Shown: positions 1-12,209 of the stretch, piece by piece
Numbering within the stretch: the first letter of the stretch is position 1
Layout: each line of letters opens with the position of its first letter
Assembly (NCBI GenBank): GCA_036785375.1
Contig: JAWMAR010000508.1
Coordinates: 1,302,001-1,366,000 of the forward strand
DNA length: 64,000 nucleotides
DNA from: Leucoraja ocellata
Taxonomy: Eukaryota
Reading direction: 5' to 3'
The notes under the pieces: model-generated
Told to the model about the DNA's origin: nothing
What the model saw: only the letters and a program-made list of their open reading frames with translations
The model's database searches: none
Position numbers and translations under genes: made by a program

Positions 1-141
1 AGCATTACCTCCACTAAATCAAAGTCTTGCCCCATCAGGGATGAAAGGGGTTAAACCATTTGTCTATAAGGGAATACTTGCTTAGTACTTCCGTTTCTTG
101 ATGTCAATTTTTCCCTCTACACATCTGTGCTCTCCACACAG

Positions 142-207
142 TGGCGGAAGCTGAGGACAAGAGTTCGTCAGCCGTTACACCAGAGACAAGCAGTGGACAG
201 AACCCAG
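142..207 (+). other. 66-nt exon of the Siglec-like locus (5' leader exon or cytoplasmic exon of an upstream paralogue)
   Basis: ctccacacag|TGGCGGAAG...AACCCAG|gtacgt; open in phase 1 (xAEAEDKSSSAVTPETSSGQNP); paralogue with the same length and splice sites at 34360-34425. Confidence 0.6.
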
Positions 208-360
208 GTACGTACTTCCGTGTCTGTTGCTTATTCCCACGAGCAACCACCTGCTTAGTTGAGTTGTGAATTTGTACAGAGTCTGATCACTGAAATACTT
301 TGTGTATTAAGGTAACTGCAGATGCTGGTTTACAGCGAAGATAGACAAATTGCTGGAGTA

Positions 361-1088
361 ATAGCCGACTAGGAAAAGGGGAGATGCAGCGAGACCTGGG
401 TGTCATGGTACACCAGTCATTGAAAGTAGGCATGCAGTTGCAGCAGGCAATGAAGACAGCGAATGGTATGTTAGCTTTCATAGCAAAAGGATTTGCGTAT
501 AGGAGCAGGGAGGTTCTACTGCAGTTGTACAGGGTCTCGGTGAGACCACACCTGGAGTATTGCGTACAGTTTTGATCTCCAAATATGAGGAAGGACAATA
601 TTGCCATAGAGGGAGTGCAGAGAAGGTTCACCAGACTGATTCCTGGGATGTCAGGACTGTCTTATGAAGAAAGACTGGATAGACTTGGTTTATACTCTCT
701 AGAATTTAGGAGATTGAGAGGGGATCATATAGAAACTTACAAAATTCTTAAGGGGTTGCACAGGCTAGATGCAGGAAGAATGCTCCCGATGTTGGGGAAG
801 TCCAGGACAAGGGGTCACAGCTTAAGGATAAGGGGAAATCCTTTAAAACCGAGATGAGAAGAACTTTTTTCGCACAGAGAGTGGTGAATCTCTGGAACTC
901 TCTGCCGCAGAGGGTAGTCGAGGCCACAGTTTCATTGGCTATATTTAAGAGGGAGTTAGATGTGGCCCTTGTGGCTAAGCGGATCAGAGGGTATGGAGAG
1001 AAGGCAGGTACGGGATACTCAGTTGGATGGCTCGAAGGGCCGAATGGCCTACTCCTGCACCTAATTTCTATGTTTCTATGTTTCTATG
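361..1088 (+). mobile_element. 5'-truncated CR1 LINE, family B ((TTTCTATG)n tail)
   Basis: RT C-terminus [12 protein letters not shown]...RTFFAQRVVNLWNSLP; 8-bp microsatellite tail; absent from the paralogous site near 35200. Confidence 0.9.
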
Positions 1089-1426
1089 CTGGTTTACACT
1101 GAAGATACACACAAAGCGATGGTGTAATTCAGCGGGACAGGCAGCATCTCTGGAGAGTTAGTTTTGTTGCTATTAAGGTGGGCTCACCAAGTTAATTCCT
1201 GGGATGGTAGGACTGACAAATGATGAAAGATTGTTAATTCATTTAAAAAAAACCTCTGCAGCGCCCGTTGTACAAACATGCAAATCCAGACATTCTCGAA
1301 TAATTGCAGACTTGTCCAAGCAAGCAACCTTACCATGCACTGTGGAACAGGCAGTCACACCCTTTCGATTAAATATCTTCAATCGACAGGAAGGGGTGTA
1401 GGGCCCGAGTGGAGTGGGTGACAGAT

Positions 1427-2911
1427 AAACCATATAACAACCATATAACAATTACAGCACGGAAACAGGCCATCTCGGCCCTACAAGTCCGTGCTGAACA
1501 ACTTTTTCCCCTTAGTCCCACCTGCCTGCACTCATACCATAACCCTCCATTCCCTTCTCATCCATATGCCTATCCAATTTATTTTTAAATTATATCAACG
1601 AACCTGCCTCCACCACTTCCACTGTAAGCTCATTCCACACCGCTACCACTCTCTGAGTAAAGAAGTTCCCCCTCATGTTACCCCTAAACTTCTGTCCTTT
1701 AATTCTGAAGTCATGTCCTCTTGTTTGAATCTTCCCTATTCTCAAAGGGAAAAGCTGATCCACATCAACTCTGTCTATCCCTCTCATCATTTTAAAGACC
1801 TCTATCAAGTCCCCCTTAACCTTCTGCGCTCCAGAGAATAAAGACCTAACTTATTCAACCTTTCTCTGTAACTTAGTTGTTGAAACCCAGGCAACATTTT
1901 AGTAAATCTCCTCTGTACTCTCTCTATTTTGTTGACATCCTTCCTATAATTGGGCGACCAAAATTGTACACCATACTCCAGATTTGGTCTCACCAATGCC
2001 TTGTATAATTTTAACATTACATCCCAGCTTCTATACTCAATGCTCTGATTTATAAAGGCAGCACACCAAAAGCTTTCTTTACCACCCTATCTACATGAGA
2101 TTCCACTTTCAGGGAACTGTGCACAGTTATTCCCAGATCCCTCTGTTCACCTACATTCGTCAATTCCCTACCATTTACCATGTGCGTCCTATTTTAATTT
2201 GTCCTGCCAAGATGTAGCACCTCACACTTATCAGCATTAACCTCCATCTTACATCTTTCAGCCCACTCTTCCAACTGGCATAAATCTCTCTGTAGACTTT
2301 GAAACTCTACTTCATTACCCGCAACCCCACCTATCTTAGTATCATCTGCATACTCACTAATCCAATTTACCACACCATCATCCAGATCATTGATGTACAT
2401 GACAAACAACAGTGGACCCAACACAGATCCCTGTGGCACCACACTCGTCGCTGGCCTCCAACCTGACAAACAACCATCCACCATTACTCTCTGGCATCTC
2501 CCATTCAGCCACTGTTGAATCCATCTTGCTACTCCACCATTAATACCCAACCATTGAACCTTCTTAAGCAACCTTCCATGAGGAACCTTGTCAAAGGCCT
2601 TACTGAAGTCCATATATACAACATCCACTGCTTTACCCTCATCAATTTCCGAAGTAACATCTTTAAAAAATTAAAGAAGGTTAGTTAAACATGACCTTCC
2701 AGGCACAAATCCATGTTGACTGTTCCTAATCAGACCCTGTTTATCCAGATGCTTATATATATATTATCTCTAAGTATTATCTCTAAGTATTCCACCTTCA
2801 AGGAACTATGCACGGTTATACCCAGATCCCTCTGTTCAACTGTATTCTTCAATTCCCTACCACTTACCATGTACGTCCTATTTTGATTTGTCCTGCCAAG
2901 GTGTAGCACCC
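1427..2911 (-). mobile_element. 5'-truncated CR1 LINE, family A ((GGTTATAT)n tail)
   Basis: Minus-strand RT fragments ([24 protein letters not shown]); tail ataaccatataacc at the left end. Confidence 0.9.
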
Positions 2912-3074
2912 CACGTTAAAGGGAGGTGTGGAGGGACCGGAGGGGAAGGGGTTACAGAGACAAAAAGAGTATCGGGAACAGAGTGAGTTACATAGAGAGG
3001 GGGTTAGGAGCAGCTGTCAAATTATATTCTGCAGTCTGCTTTCTTTGTCTATTGTAATACCCCTTGAACACATT

Positions 3075-3432
3075 AGGAATGTTACAACATTTGGCGATTT
3101 TAAAAATCAAGCCTGTAATTTATCCCATCAGATAAAACATGAAAAGAATTGTAATGTGATACCTAATTCACTTTCATATCTTCAGTATTAAAAAGTTATG
3201 GTCATTTTCACACTCGGAAATTAGTATCTTATTCCCTAGTGCTTTTCCTATCAATGTTACAACATTTGAGATTTAAAAAATCAAGTCTGCAATTTATCCC
3301 ATCAGATAAAGCATAAAAAGAAGTTTAATTTGACACCTAATTCACTTTCATATCTCAAGTAATAAATCAATTATGGCCATTTTCATACTCGGAAATTAGC
3401 ATCTTGTTCCCTATTGATTTTCTATGGACATA
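3075..3432 (+). mobile_element. Two tandem left-end fragments of the ~1-kb non-autonomous DNA transposon
   Basis: aatgttacaacattt...aaaaatcaag...ttatcccatcagataaa occurs twice; matches the starts of 11171 and 27048. Confidence 0.8.
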
Positions 3433-3433
3433 A

Positions 3434-4277
3434 AGGTGAGACCACACTTAGAAACATAGAAACATAGAAATTAGGTGCAGGAGTAGGCCATTCGGCCCTT
3501 CGAGCCAGCACCATTCGCCATTCAATATGATCATGGCTGATCATCGAACTCAGTATCCCGTACCTGCCTTCTCTCCATACCCTCTGATCCCCTTAGCCAC
3601 AAGGGCCACATCTAACTCCCTCTTAAATATAGCCAATGAACTGGGCTCAACTACCCTCTGTGGCAGAGAGTTCGAGAGATTCACCACTCTCTGTCTGAAA
3701 AATGCTCCACACCTGGAGTATTGCGTACAGTTTTGGTCTCCAAATCTGAGGAAGGACATTATTGCCATAGAGGGAGTGCAGAGACGGTTCTCCAGACTGA
3801 TTCCTGGGATGTCAGGCCTGCCTTATGAAGAAAGACTGGATAGACTTGGTTTATACTCTCTAGAATTTAGGAGATTGAGAGGGGATCTTATAGAAACTTA
3901 CAACATTCTTAAGGGGTTGGACAGGCTAGATGCAGGAAGATTGTTCCCGATGTTGGGGAAGTCCAGGACAAGGGGCCACAGCTTAACGATAAGGGGGAAA
4001 TCCTTTAAAACCGAGATGAGAAGAACTTTTTTCACACAGAGAGTGGTGAATCTCTGGAACTCTCTGCCACAGAGGGTAGTCGAGGCCACAGTTCATTGGC
4101 TATATTTAAGAGGGAGTTAGATGTGGCCCTTGTGGCTAAGGGGATCAGGGGGTATGGGGAGAAGGCAGGTACGGGATACTGAGTTGGATGATCAGCCATG
4201 ATCATATTGAATGGCGGTGCAGGCTCGAAGGGCCGAATGGCCTCTACTCCTGCACCTAATTTCTATGTTTCTATGTT
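3434..4277 (+). mobile_element. CR1-B fragment with an opposite-strand CR1-B 3' end nested in it (about 3449-3705)
   Basis: ggtgagaccacac|inverted copy|ccacacctggag: ccacac duplicated on both sides of the insert. Confidence 0.85.
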
Positions 4278-4414
4278 TGTGTCTATGGTTTAGGAAAAAT
4301 CAACATCTACATTGTCTTCCTGCGCAGCAATTCAACGAGATTGGTCGCTGGAGTTTGACTGCAATTACTTTCTCTTCCAGATCGGGTAACTGACGGGATA
4401 TCTGGGATCGGACA

Positions 4415-4454
4415 ATGATCGGGAGATCATTCTTCCTCCTCTCCCTTCTCCAAG
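4415..4454 (+). CDS. Siglec-like gene 1: signal-peptide exon (MIGRSFFLLSLLQ); exon starts at 4381
   Basis: Acceptor ttctcttccag|4381; ATG at 4415; donor CAAG|gtacc; joins the V exon to give MIGRSFFLLSLLQAVVSG/QW; identical peptide at 62130. Confidence 0.85.
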
Positions 4455-4636
4455 GTACCATCAGCAGCAACTCAGAAGTATTTATGGGCGAGGGGGCTTT
4501 AACTGGTTGGCTGCCAGCGACTAGCGGAGTTCCGTAGGGGTCGGTGCTGGGGCTGCTATGATCGTTTCGCTGAATACCTCCGTTCAGTCCTCCTGGACCT
4601 ACCTGATCTCCCGGTTGCCAAACACTTTAATTACCC

Positions 4637-5585
4637 TGAAATGTCCTCATTATTCTGGGAACGGGGGTTCCCCTCCTCCACCATAAATGAGGCTCGCAGC
4701 AGGGTCTCTTCCATACCCCGCAACACTACTCTCTCTCCCCATCCCCCCACTCGCAACAAGGGCCGAGTCCCCCTAGTCCTCACCTTTCACCCCACCAGCC
4801 GTCACATACAAAAGGTAATCCTCCGTCAGTTTCGCCACCTCCAACGTGACCCCACCACTCGCCACATCTTCCCATCTCCCCCCATATCTGCCTTCCGCAA
4901 AGACCGCTCCGTCCATAACTCCCTTGTCAATTCTTCCCTTCCTCTCGTACCACCCCCTCCCCGGGCACTTTCCCTTGCAACCGCAAGAGATGCAACACTT
5001 GTCCCTTTACCTCCCCCCTCGACTCCGTTCAAGGACCCAAGCAATCGTTCCAGGTGCGACAGAGGTTTACCTGCATCTCTTCCAACCTCATCTATTGCGT
5101 CCGCTGCTCTAGATGTCAGCAGATCTATATCGGTGAGACCAAGCGGAGGTTGGGCGATCGTTTCGCCGAACACCTCCGCTCGGTCCGCAATAACCAAACT
5201 GACCTCCCGGTGGCTCAGCACTTCAACTCCCCCTCCCACTCCGTCTCCGACCTCTCTGTCCTGGGTCTCCTCCATGGCCACAGCGAGCAGCACCGGAAAT
5301 AGGAACAGCACCTCATATTCCGTTTGGGGAGTCTGCATCCTGGGGGGGCATGAACATCGAATTCTCCCAATTTTGTTAGTCCTTGCTGTCTCCTCCACTT
5401 CCTCAGTCCCCCTGCTTTCTCCTCCCATCCCCCAGCCTTCGGGCTCCTCCTCATTTTTCCTTTCTTGTCCCCGCCCACCCCCGCCCCCGATCAGTCTGAA
5501 GAAGTGTTTCGGCCCGAAACGTTGCCTATTTCCTTCGCTCCATAGATGCTGCTGCACCCGCTGACAGCTTTTTTGTGTAACTTTA
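4637..5585 (+). mobile_element. Penelope-like element 3' part (GIY-YIG endonuclease plus terminal repeat)
   Basis: NLIYCVRCSRCQQIYIGETKRRLGDRFAEH..VAQHFN; upstream Cys motif CNRKRCNTC. Confidence 0.9.
5496..5524 (+). ncRNA. Minimal hammerhead-ribozyme-like motif in the Penelope terminal repeat
   Basis: CTGAAGA-stem(gtgtttcggccc)-GAAACGTT; Penelope-like elements are known to carry minimal hammerheads. Confidence 0.55.
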
Positions 5586-5809
5586 AATACCCTTCCCATT
5601 CCCACACTGATCTTTCAATCCTAGTTCTCCTCCACTGTCAGTGAGGCCAAATGCAAATGAGAGGAACAGCATCTCATATTTTGCTTGGCAGCTTCCAACG
5701 CAGTGGTATGAATATTGATTTTTCTCACTTCAAGTATCTCTCTATCCCTATCCCACTCAAGTTGCACCAGCTTCTCGTTCTCACCACAACAAAAAGGAGT
5801 AAACGGGTC

Positions 5810-6815
5810 CTTTTCACAATGGCAGGCAGTGGACTAGTGGGGTACCGCAAGGCTCAGTGCTGGGACCCCAGCTATTTACAATATATATTAATGACCTGGA
5901 TGAGGGAATTGAAGGCCATATCTCCAAGTTTGCGGATGACATTAATGTGGGGGGCAGTGTTACCTGTGAGGAGGACGCTAGGAGACTGCAAGGTGACTTG
6001 GATAGGCTGGGTGAGTGGGCAAATGTTTGGCAGATGCAGTATAATGTGGATAAATGTGAGGTTATCCATTTTGTTGGCAAAAACGGGAAAGCAGACTATT
6101 ATCTAAATGGTGGCCGATTGGGAAAGGGGGAGATGCAGCGAGACCTGGGTGTCATGGTACACCAGTCATTGAAGGTAGGCATGCAGGTGCAGCAGGCAGT
6201 GAAGAAAGCAAATGGTATGTTAGGTATCCAGGACAAGGGGTCACAGCTTAAGGATAAGGGGGAAATCCTTTAAAACCGAGATGAGAAGAACTTTTTTCAC
6301 ACAGAGAGTGGTGAATCTCTGGAACTCTCTGCCACAGAGGGTAGTCGAGGCCACAGTTCATTGGCTATATTTAAGAGGGAGTTAGATGTGGCCCTTGTGG
6401 CTAAGGGGATCAGAGGGTATGGAGAGAAGGCAGGTACGGGAGACTGAGTTGGATGATCAGCCATGATCATATTGAATGGCGGTGCAGGCTCGAAGGGCCA
6501 AATGGCCTACTCCTGCACCTAATTTCTATGTTTCTATGTTTCTATGTTTAGCTTTCATAGCAAAAGGATTTGAGTATAGGAGCAGGGAGGTTCTACTGCA
6601 GTTGAACAGGGTCTTGGTGAGACCACACCTGGAGTATTGCGTACAGTTTTGGTCTCCAAATCTGAGGAAGGACATTATTGCCATAGAGGGAGTGCAGAGA
6701 AGGTTCACCAGACTGATTCCTGGGATGTCAGGACTCTAGTTATGAAGTCTGCTTTCCTGTTTTTGCCACCAAAATGGATAACCTCACATTTATCCACATT
6801 ATACTGCATCTGCAT
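5810..6815 (+). mobile_element. CR1-B fragments, one nested in another
   Basis: [20 protein letters not shown]...FADD; inner copy about 6224-6550 flanked by tgt(t)tag; short inverted piece near 6740-6815. Confidence 0.85.
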
Positions 6816-7059
6816 TTTTGGGGCGCCACAACTTTCCTGGCGGGCTGCCAGCCACTGTAGCGGGAGCTACACAGTTTGCTCATAACACCGCACACAGCCC
6901 AACACACGCAGACATGTCTTAAAATAAGTTTCTGCAGAGTTGCAGTGAGATGTACATGAGATGTTTATAGACACCACTGTACCTCCTCCAACTACCCAAA
7001 GATGTTTCAAACAACGAACTTGGGTGTTTTCGCGAGAGCTCCGACCCACGCACCTCCGA

Positions 7060-7768
7060 GCTGTGGGGGGGGGGGGGGGGGTGAGGTGGGGAGTGACACA
7101 CACTGTGGGAGTGGGGGTTGAGGTGGGGAGTGACACACTGTGGGAGGGAGTGACACACTGTGGGTGGGAGTGACACACACTGTGGGAGGGGGTGAGGTGG
7201 GGAGTGACACACATTGTGGGAGTGGGGGGGGTGAGGTGGGGAGTGACACACACTGTGGGGGGGGGGTTGAGGTGGGGAGTAACGCACATTGTGGGAGTGG
7301 GGGGTGAGGTGGGGAGTAACACACACTGTGGGAGGGGGGGTTGAGGTGGGTGACGCACTGTAGGAGGGAGTGACGCACTGTGGGAGGGAGTGACGCACTG
7401 TGGGAGGGGCGGTGAGGAGGGAATGACGCACTGTGAGAGGGGGGTGAGGTGGGAGTGACGCACTGTGGGAGGGGGTTGAGGTGGGAGTGACGCACTGTGG
7501 GAGGGAGTGACGCACTGTGGGAGGGAGTGACACACTGTGGGTGGGAGTGACACACTGCGGGAGTGACACACACTGTGGGGGGGGGGGGCGTGAGTGACAC
7601 ACTGTGGGTGGGAGTGACACACTGTGGGTGGGAGTGACACACTGTGGGTGGGAGTGACACACTGCGGGAGTGATACACTGTGGGAGGGACACACACTGTG
7701 GGAGGGGGGGGGGTGAGGTGGGGAGTGACACACTGTGTGGGGGGGGGGGGGGTGAGGAGTGAGGCTCT
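7060..7768. repeat. G-rich minisatellite (units such as GGGAGTGACACACTGTG), intron after the signal exon
   Basis: About 25-30 variant units; ends gtgaggagtgaggctct, as does the paralogous array at 63280-64000. Confidence 0.95.
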
Positions 7769-7892
7769 ACCAATACACCACCATGCCACTCTTCCCCGCT
7801 CTGTACACACCAGGCCCACGGCGCAGGATATAATGTGTGGAGAGTGAGTCCAGTGAACTGACAGGGTGTTCACTGCTAAAGATTGTTCCCTC

Positions 7893-8195
7893 AGACGGTG
7901 GAGGGCTCTACCCGAGCCAGCTGTCTGCCCCTTTTCCGGGGTTACGTCCGTGCCCGGGTGGGATTAGAAAGGGAATATGCCCTATCTGTGGGCACCCTGA
8001 GGGAGTTCCGGGAACGCCGGGCTCCGCAGGGTGTTGAATGTATCCTCAATAAGGATTCTATCATAATTGTATAATAGTTTATTATGGATATATGTTTGTA
8101 TTGTATTTATGGTGGTGGGTTCTGGCTTGTTTATTGTAGTGTAAATATTATTTTTTAATAATCGAATAAATGTTTTTGATTTAAAAAAAAACAAA
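7893..8195 (+). mobile_element. Tx1-like (L1 clade) 3' fragment with poly(A)
   Basis: CLPLFRGYVRARVGLERE..GTLREFRERRAPQGVECIL resembles the Tx1 ORF2 C-terminus; AATAAA followed by an A-run. Confidence 0.6.
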
Positions 8196-8199
8196 CATG

Positions 8200-8390
8200 T
8201 TCCTTAAGTGTCAGGGCTGATTTAACATTCTTAGAAACAGTTTTGGCTCATATTAGCCCATTAATCTATAATTTGTGCTGCCATTGTTACCTCCTCCAGG
8301 TAACATTTTAGGTATCTTCGATGATCTTATGGATGGGCATTGAATAGTATGCATCTATTATTCGAAGCCTACCATAAAGTATGCTAGAAA
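8200..8390 (-). mobile_element. Degraded DIRS-like RT fragment
   Basis: Minus strand gives DAYYSMPIH..HRRYLK (with frameshift), similar to 39210-39270. Confidence 0.5.
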
Positions 8391-8950
8391 TCTCTGGTGG
8401 TGAATCTCTGGAACTCTCTGCCACAGAGGGTAGTTGAGGCCAGTTCATTGGCTATATTTAAGAGGGAGTTAGATGTGGCCCTTGTGGCTAAGGGGATCAG
8501 GGGGTATGGAGAGAAGGCAGGTACGGGATACTGAGTTGGATGATCAGCCATGATCATATTGAATGGCGGGTGCAGGCTCGAAGGGCCGAATGGCCTACTC
8601 CTGCACCTAATTTCTATGTTTCTATGTTTCTATGAATCCATTGTTTGGTAGTTGCAAACGTTGCCAATTAAGAGTTAAGATTTAGCTGAAAGTTAAAGTA
8701 AACATAAACGTTTTCAGTCTTGTTTTAAAAGTGGTCAAAGTTGAGGCAAGTCTTAAATCTTCAGGAAGTTTATTCCAGCTATTTGTTGCATAGTAACTAA
8801 ATCCTGCTTTCCATGTTTTGTATTTAACCATATAACCATATAACCATATAACAATTACTTAACAGAAACAGGCCATCTCGGCCCTACAAGTCCGTGCCGA
8901 ACAATTACAAAAAAAAAACAAAAACAAAATCTTGTTCCTTCTCTCCTCAG

Positions 8951-9317
8951 CCGTGGTGTCGGGACAGTGGACTGCGGACAATCCACCACATGTGACAGCG
9001 CAGAATGGTTTGTGTGCACGGATCCCGTGTCACTACAGCCACCCGTCGACTCTGAACGATAAACCGCGGTTTGGAGTCTGGTTTAACAGCGAGACGCTGG
9101 ACTTCACGTCTGTAGCCTTTTTCTCCGAGACTGACATCACAGTATTACCAAAGTTTCTGCATCGGACCCGGCTGTCAGGAGTCCTGAGAGACAACGACTG
9201 CTCCCTGGTTATAGACAACGTCACTCAGGAAGACGCAGGTCCTTATTTTTTCAGGGTCGATTCCTCGACGGCCAAAATTATTACAACTATCAGCCTGCAA
9301 CACAGCTCCAGTAACTG
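8951..9317 (+). CDS. Siglec-like gene 1: V-set Ig exon (two 1-nt deletions, near 9260 and 9310)
   Basis: ctcctcag|CC..; LCARIPC, GVWF, NDCSL, DAGPYFFRV (Siglec Cys pattern and F-strand Arg, AGG 9253-9255); donor ACTG|gtaag; 367 nt, i.e. 2 short of 369. Confidence 0.92.
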
Positions 9318-9471
9318 GTAAGTGCTCCGTGTAATTTCTTCCCAGTTTCTTCCCAGCTGTTATCAGGCAACTGAACCATCCTACCACAACCAGAGAGCGG
9401 TCCTGAACTACTATCTATCGCTTTGATGACCCTCGGACTAGTCTTATGACCATATAACTAGGATATAAAAT

Positions 9472-10093
9472 GATTTGAGTATAGGAGCAGGGAGGTTCTA
9501 CTGCAGTTGTACAGGGTCTTGGTGAGACCACACCTGGAGTATTGCGTACAGTTTTGGTCTCCAAATCTGAGGAAGGACATTATTGCCATAGAGGGAGTGC
9601 AGAGAAGGTTCACCAGACTGATTCCTGGGATGTCAGGACTGTCTTATGAAGAAAGACTGGATAGACTTGGTTTATACTCTCTAGAATTTAGGAGATTGAG
9701 AGGGGATCTTATAGAAACTTACAACATTCTTAAGGGGTTGGACAGGCTAGATGCAGGAAAATTGCTCCCGATGTTGGGGAAGTCCAGGACAAGGGGTCAC
9801 AGCTTAAGAGTAAGGGGAAAATCCTTTAAAACCGAGATGAGAAGAACTTTTTTCACACAGAGAGTGGTGAATCTCTGGAACTCTCTGCCACAGAGGGTAG
9901 TCGAGGCCACAGTTCATTGGCTATATTTAAGAGGGAGTTAGATGTGGCCCTTGTGGCTAAGGGGATCAGAGGGTATGGAGAGAAGGCAGGTACGGGATAC
10001 TGAGTTGGATGATCAGCCATGAACATATTGAATGGCGGGCAGGCTCAAAGGGCCAAATGGCCTACTCCTGCACCTATTTTCTATGTTTCTATG
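9472..10093 (+). mobile_element. CR1-B 3' fragment
   Basis: ORF 9507-9941 RT C-terminus; TTTCTATG tail. Confidence 0.9.
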
Positions 10094-10223
10094 AGATGCT
10101 GTTCCTCCAACTTGCGTTTTGCCTCACTCTGACAGTGGAGGAGACCGAGGACATGCAGTAGCATGCAACAAAGGCTTTTCACTGTGCCTCGGTACACATG
10201 ACTAAAACCTAAACTGAAATAGA

Positions 10224-10999
10224 TGTCAAGTCAAGTCAAGTCAAGTTTATTTGTCACATACACATACGAGATGTGCAGTGAAATGAAAGTGGCAATGCTC
10301 GCGGACTTTTGTGCAAAAGACAAACACCAAAACAACCAAACAAATTATAAACACAATCATAACACACATATTCTTTTACATAATAAATAATGGAAGGAAA
10401 AACGTTCAGTAGAGTTAGTCCCTGGTGAGATAGGCATTTGCAGTCCGAATTGCCTCTGGGAAGAAACTCCTTCTCAACCTCTCTGTTCTCACCGCATGGC
10501 AACGGAGGCGTTTGCCTGACCGTAGCAGCTGGAACAGTCCGTTGCAGGGGTGGAAAGTGTCTCCCATGATTTTATTTGCTCTGGAGTTGCACCTCCTGTT
10601 GTATAGTCCCTGCAGGGGGGCGAGTGAAGTTCCCATAGTGCGTTTGTTCGGCCGAACGCACTACTCTCTGCAGAGCCTTCTTGTCCTTGGCAGAGCAATT
10701 CCCAAACCAGATGGTAATGTTCCCGGACAAGATGCTTTCCACCGCCGCTGCGTAGAAGCACTGGAGGATCCTCGGAGACACTCTGAATTTCCTCAATTGC
10801 CTGAGGTGGTAAAGGCGCTGCCTTGCCTTACTCACGAGTGCTGAGGCGTGTGATGCCCATGTCATATCCTCGGAGATGTGGACTCCCAGATATTTAAAAT
10901 AGTTCACCCTATCCACAGGATCCCCATTTATCCTCAATGGAGTGTACGTCCTCGGATGATGTTCCCTCCTAAAGTCCACGATCAGCTCCTTCGTTTTTT
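10224..10999 (-). mobile_element. Rex1/Babar-like LINE 3' fragment ((GACTT)n tail)
   Basis: ELIVDFRR..INGDPVDRVNYFKYLGVHISEDMTW..KARQRLYHLRQLRK; tail gtcaagtcaag. Confidence 0.85.
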
Positions 11000-11170
11000 A
11001 CATGATAAGGGAATAGCGTTTAGTGCAATGTAAAGCCAGCAAAGTCCGATCAAGGACAGCCCGAGGGTTACCAAAGAGGTAGATAGTAGTTCAGGAACGC
11101 TTCCAGGTTGCAGTAGGATGGTTCATTTGCCTAATATCAGTTGGGAAGAAACTGTCCCTGGAATTTTAAG

Positions 11171-12209
11171 TAGCAATGTTACAAAATTTTGAGATTTAAA
11201 AAATCAAGTCTGCAATTTATCCCATCAGATAAAGCATAAAAAGAAGTTTAATTTGACACCTAATTCACTTTAATATCTCAAGTATTTAAAAAGTTATGGC
11301 CATTTTCATACTCGGAAATTAGCATCTTGTTCCCTATTGATTTTCTATGGACATAACAAAAAAGCTGTGATCATGGACAGTCAAAAGCCCATAACCTTCT
11401 TAAAAATTAAGAGAACTGAATGAAATTTTCAGTTATCATAGATTGAAGCATTCTGAAACAAATATAAAATAATCTTTCTTGGATGACCTGAAATTAACGC
11501 ATATAATTAGTTAGTTACCCAATTGTAGCTAATTTCAAATTTCAATTACTAGATCTAAACATCTATCCATTTCTTAATAAATGATTAACATTTTTAAATA
11601 GTCCAAGTGTCCAAATAATATTCACAAATAATTCACAATAAAACATGATTTTTAAATCTCATTTACATCAATTTATAGGCCAAATGGAAGGAATTTAGTG
11701 TTCAATTGCAGTAAATTAAAGTCAATTTTAAATCAGCTTTCTAGTGGGTTCCTGTGAACGTGCTGGTTTAGAACGTTCACATTGCGCTGGATTTGTGCCT
11801 CAAATGCCCCGAAAAATACTGCGGGATATAAAGAGCCCAAAATGAACTACTCGCTATAGAAAACGTTATATACAGGGTTCTTAAGAAGCCCCTTTTAATG
11901 TAAAAATAAGGTACATACCTTTAATTGTTTGCTTTATAAAACCCTGGGGCTGCGAGAGGTCGCAGGTTGAGAGAGTGATTTTAAAACTATTATAACTATT
12001 ATTCGATGCCTATAAAACTAATAATACCTTTTGCGACGGGGTCTTTCAGCGATTTTTCGTTAATGATTTACTAGGCTGAACATTTTCGATTGCAACAGCC
12101 TAGTAAAAATCGCGTTTTAAACCCGCCCCCTCTAAACAGCGCCAAAATCGCGCACACGGGCTGGGGCAGATTCTCAACGACGATTCAGGTAGGTTTTGTA
12201 ACATACCTA
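11171..12209 (+). mobile_element. ~1.04-kb non-autonomous DNA transposon (hAT-like TAG..CTA ends, 7-bp TSD)
   Basis: TIRs tagcaatgttacaaaa / ttttgtaacataccta (14/16 match); TSD ttttaag on both sides; near-identical copy at 27048. Confidence 0.9.

Noticed and set aside
6867-7873. Three ~285-aa P/H/S/C-rich ORFs (also 63150-63932)
   Set aside because: Translations of the minisatellite, open in several frames; no gene structure.
8951-9400. V exon as a rearranging Ig/TCR V segment
   Set aside because: No YYC motif, no flanking RSS, and the G strand is encoded in the same exon; it has Siglec signatures instead.
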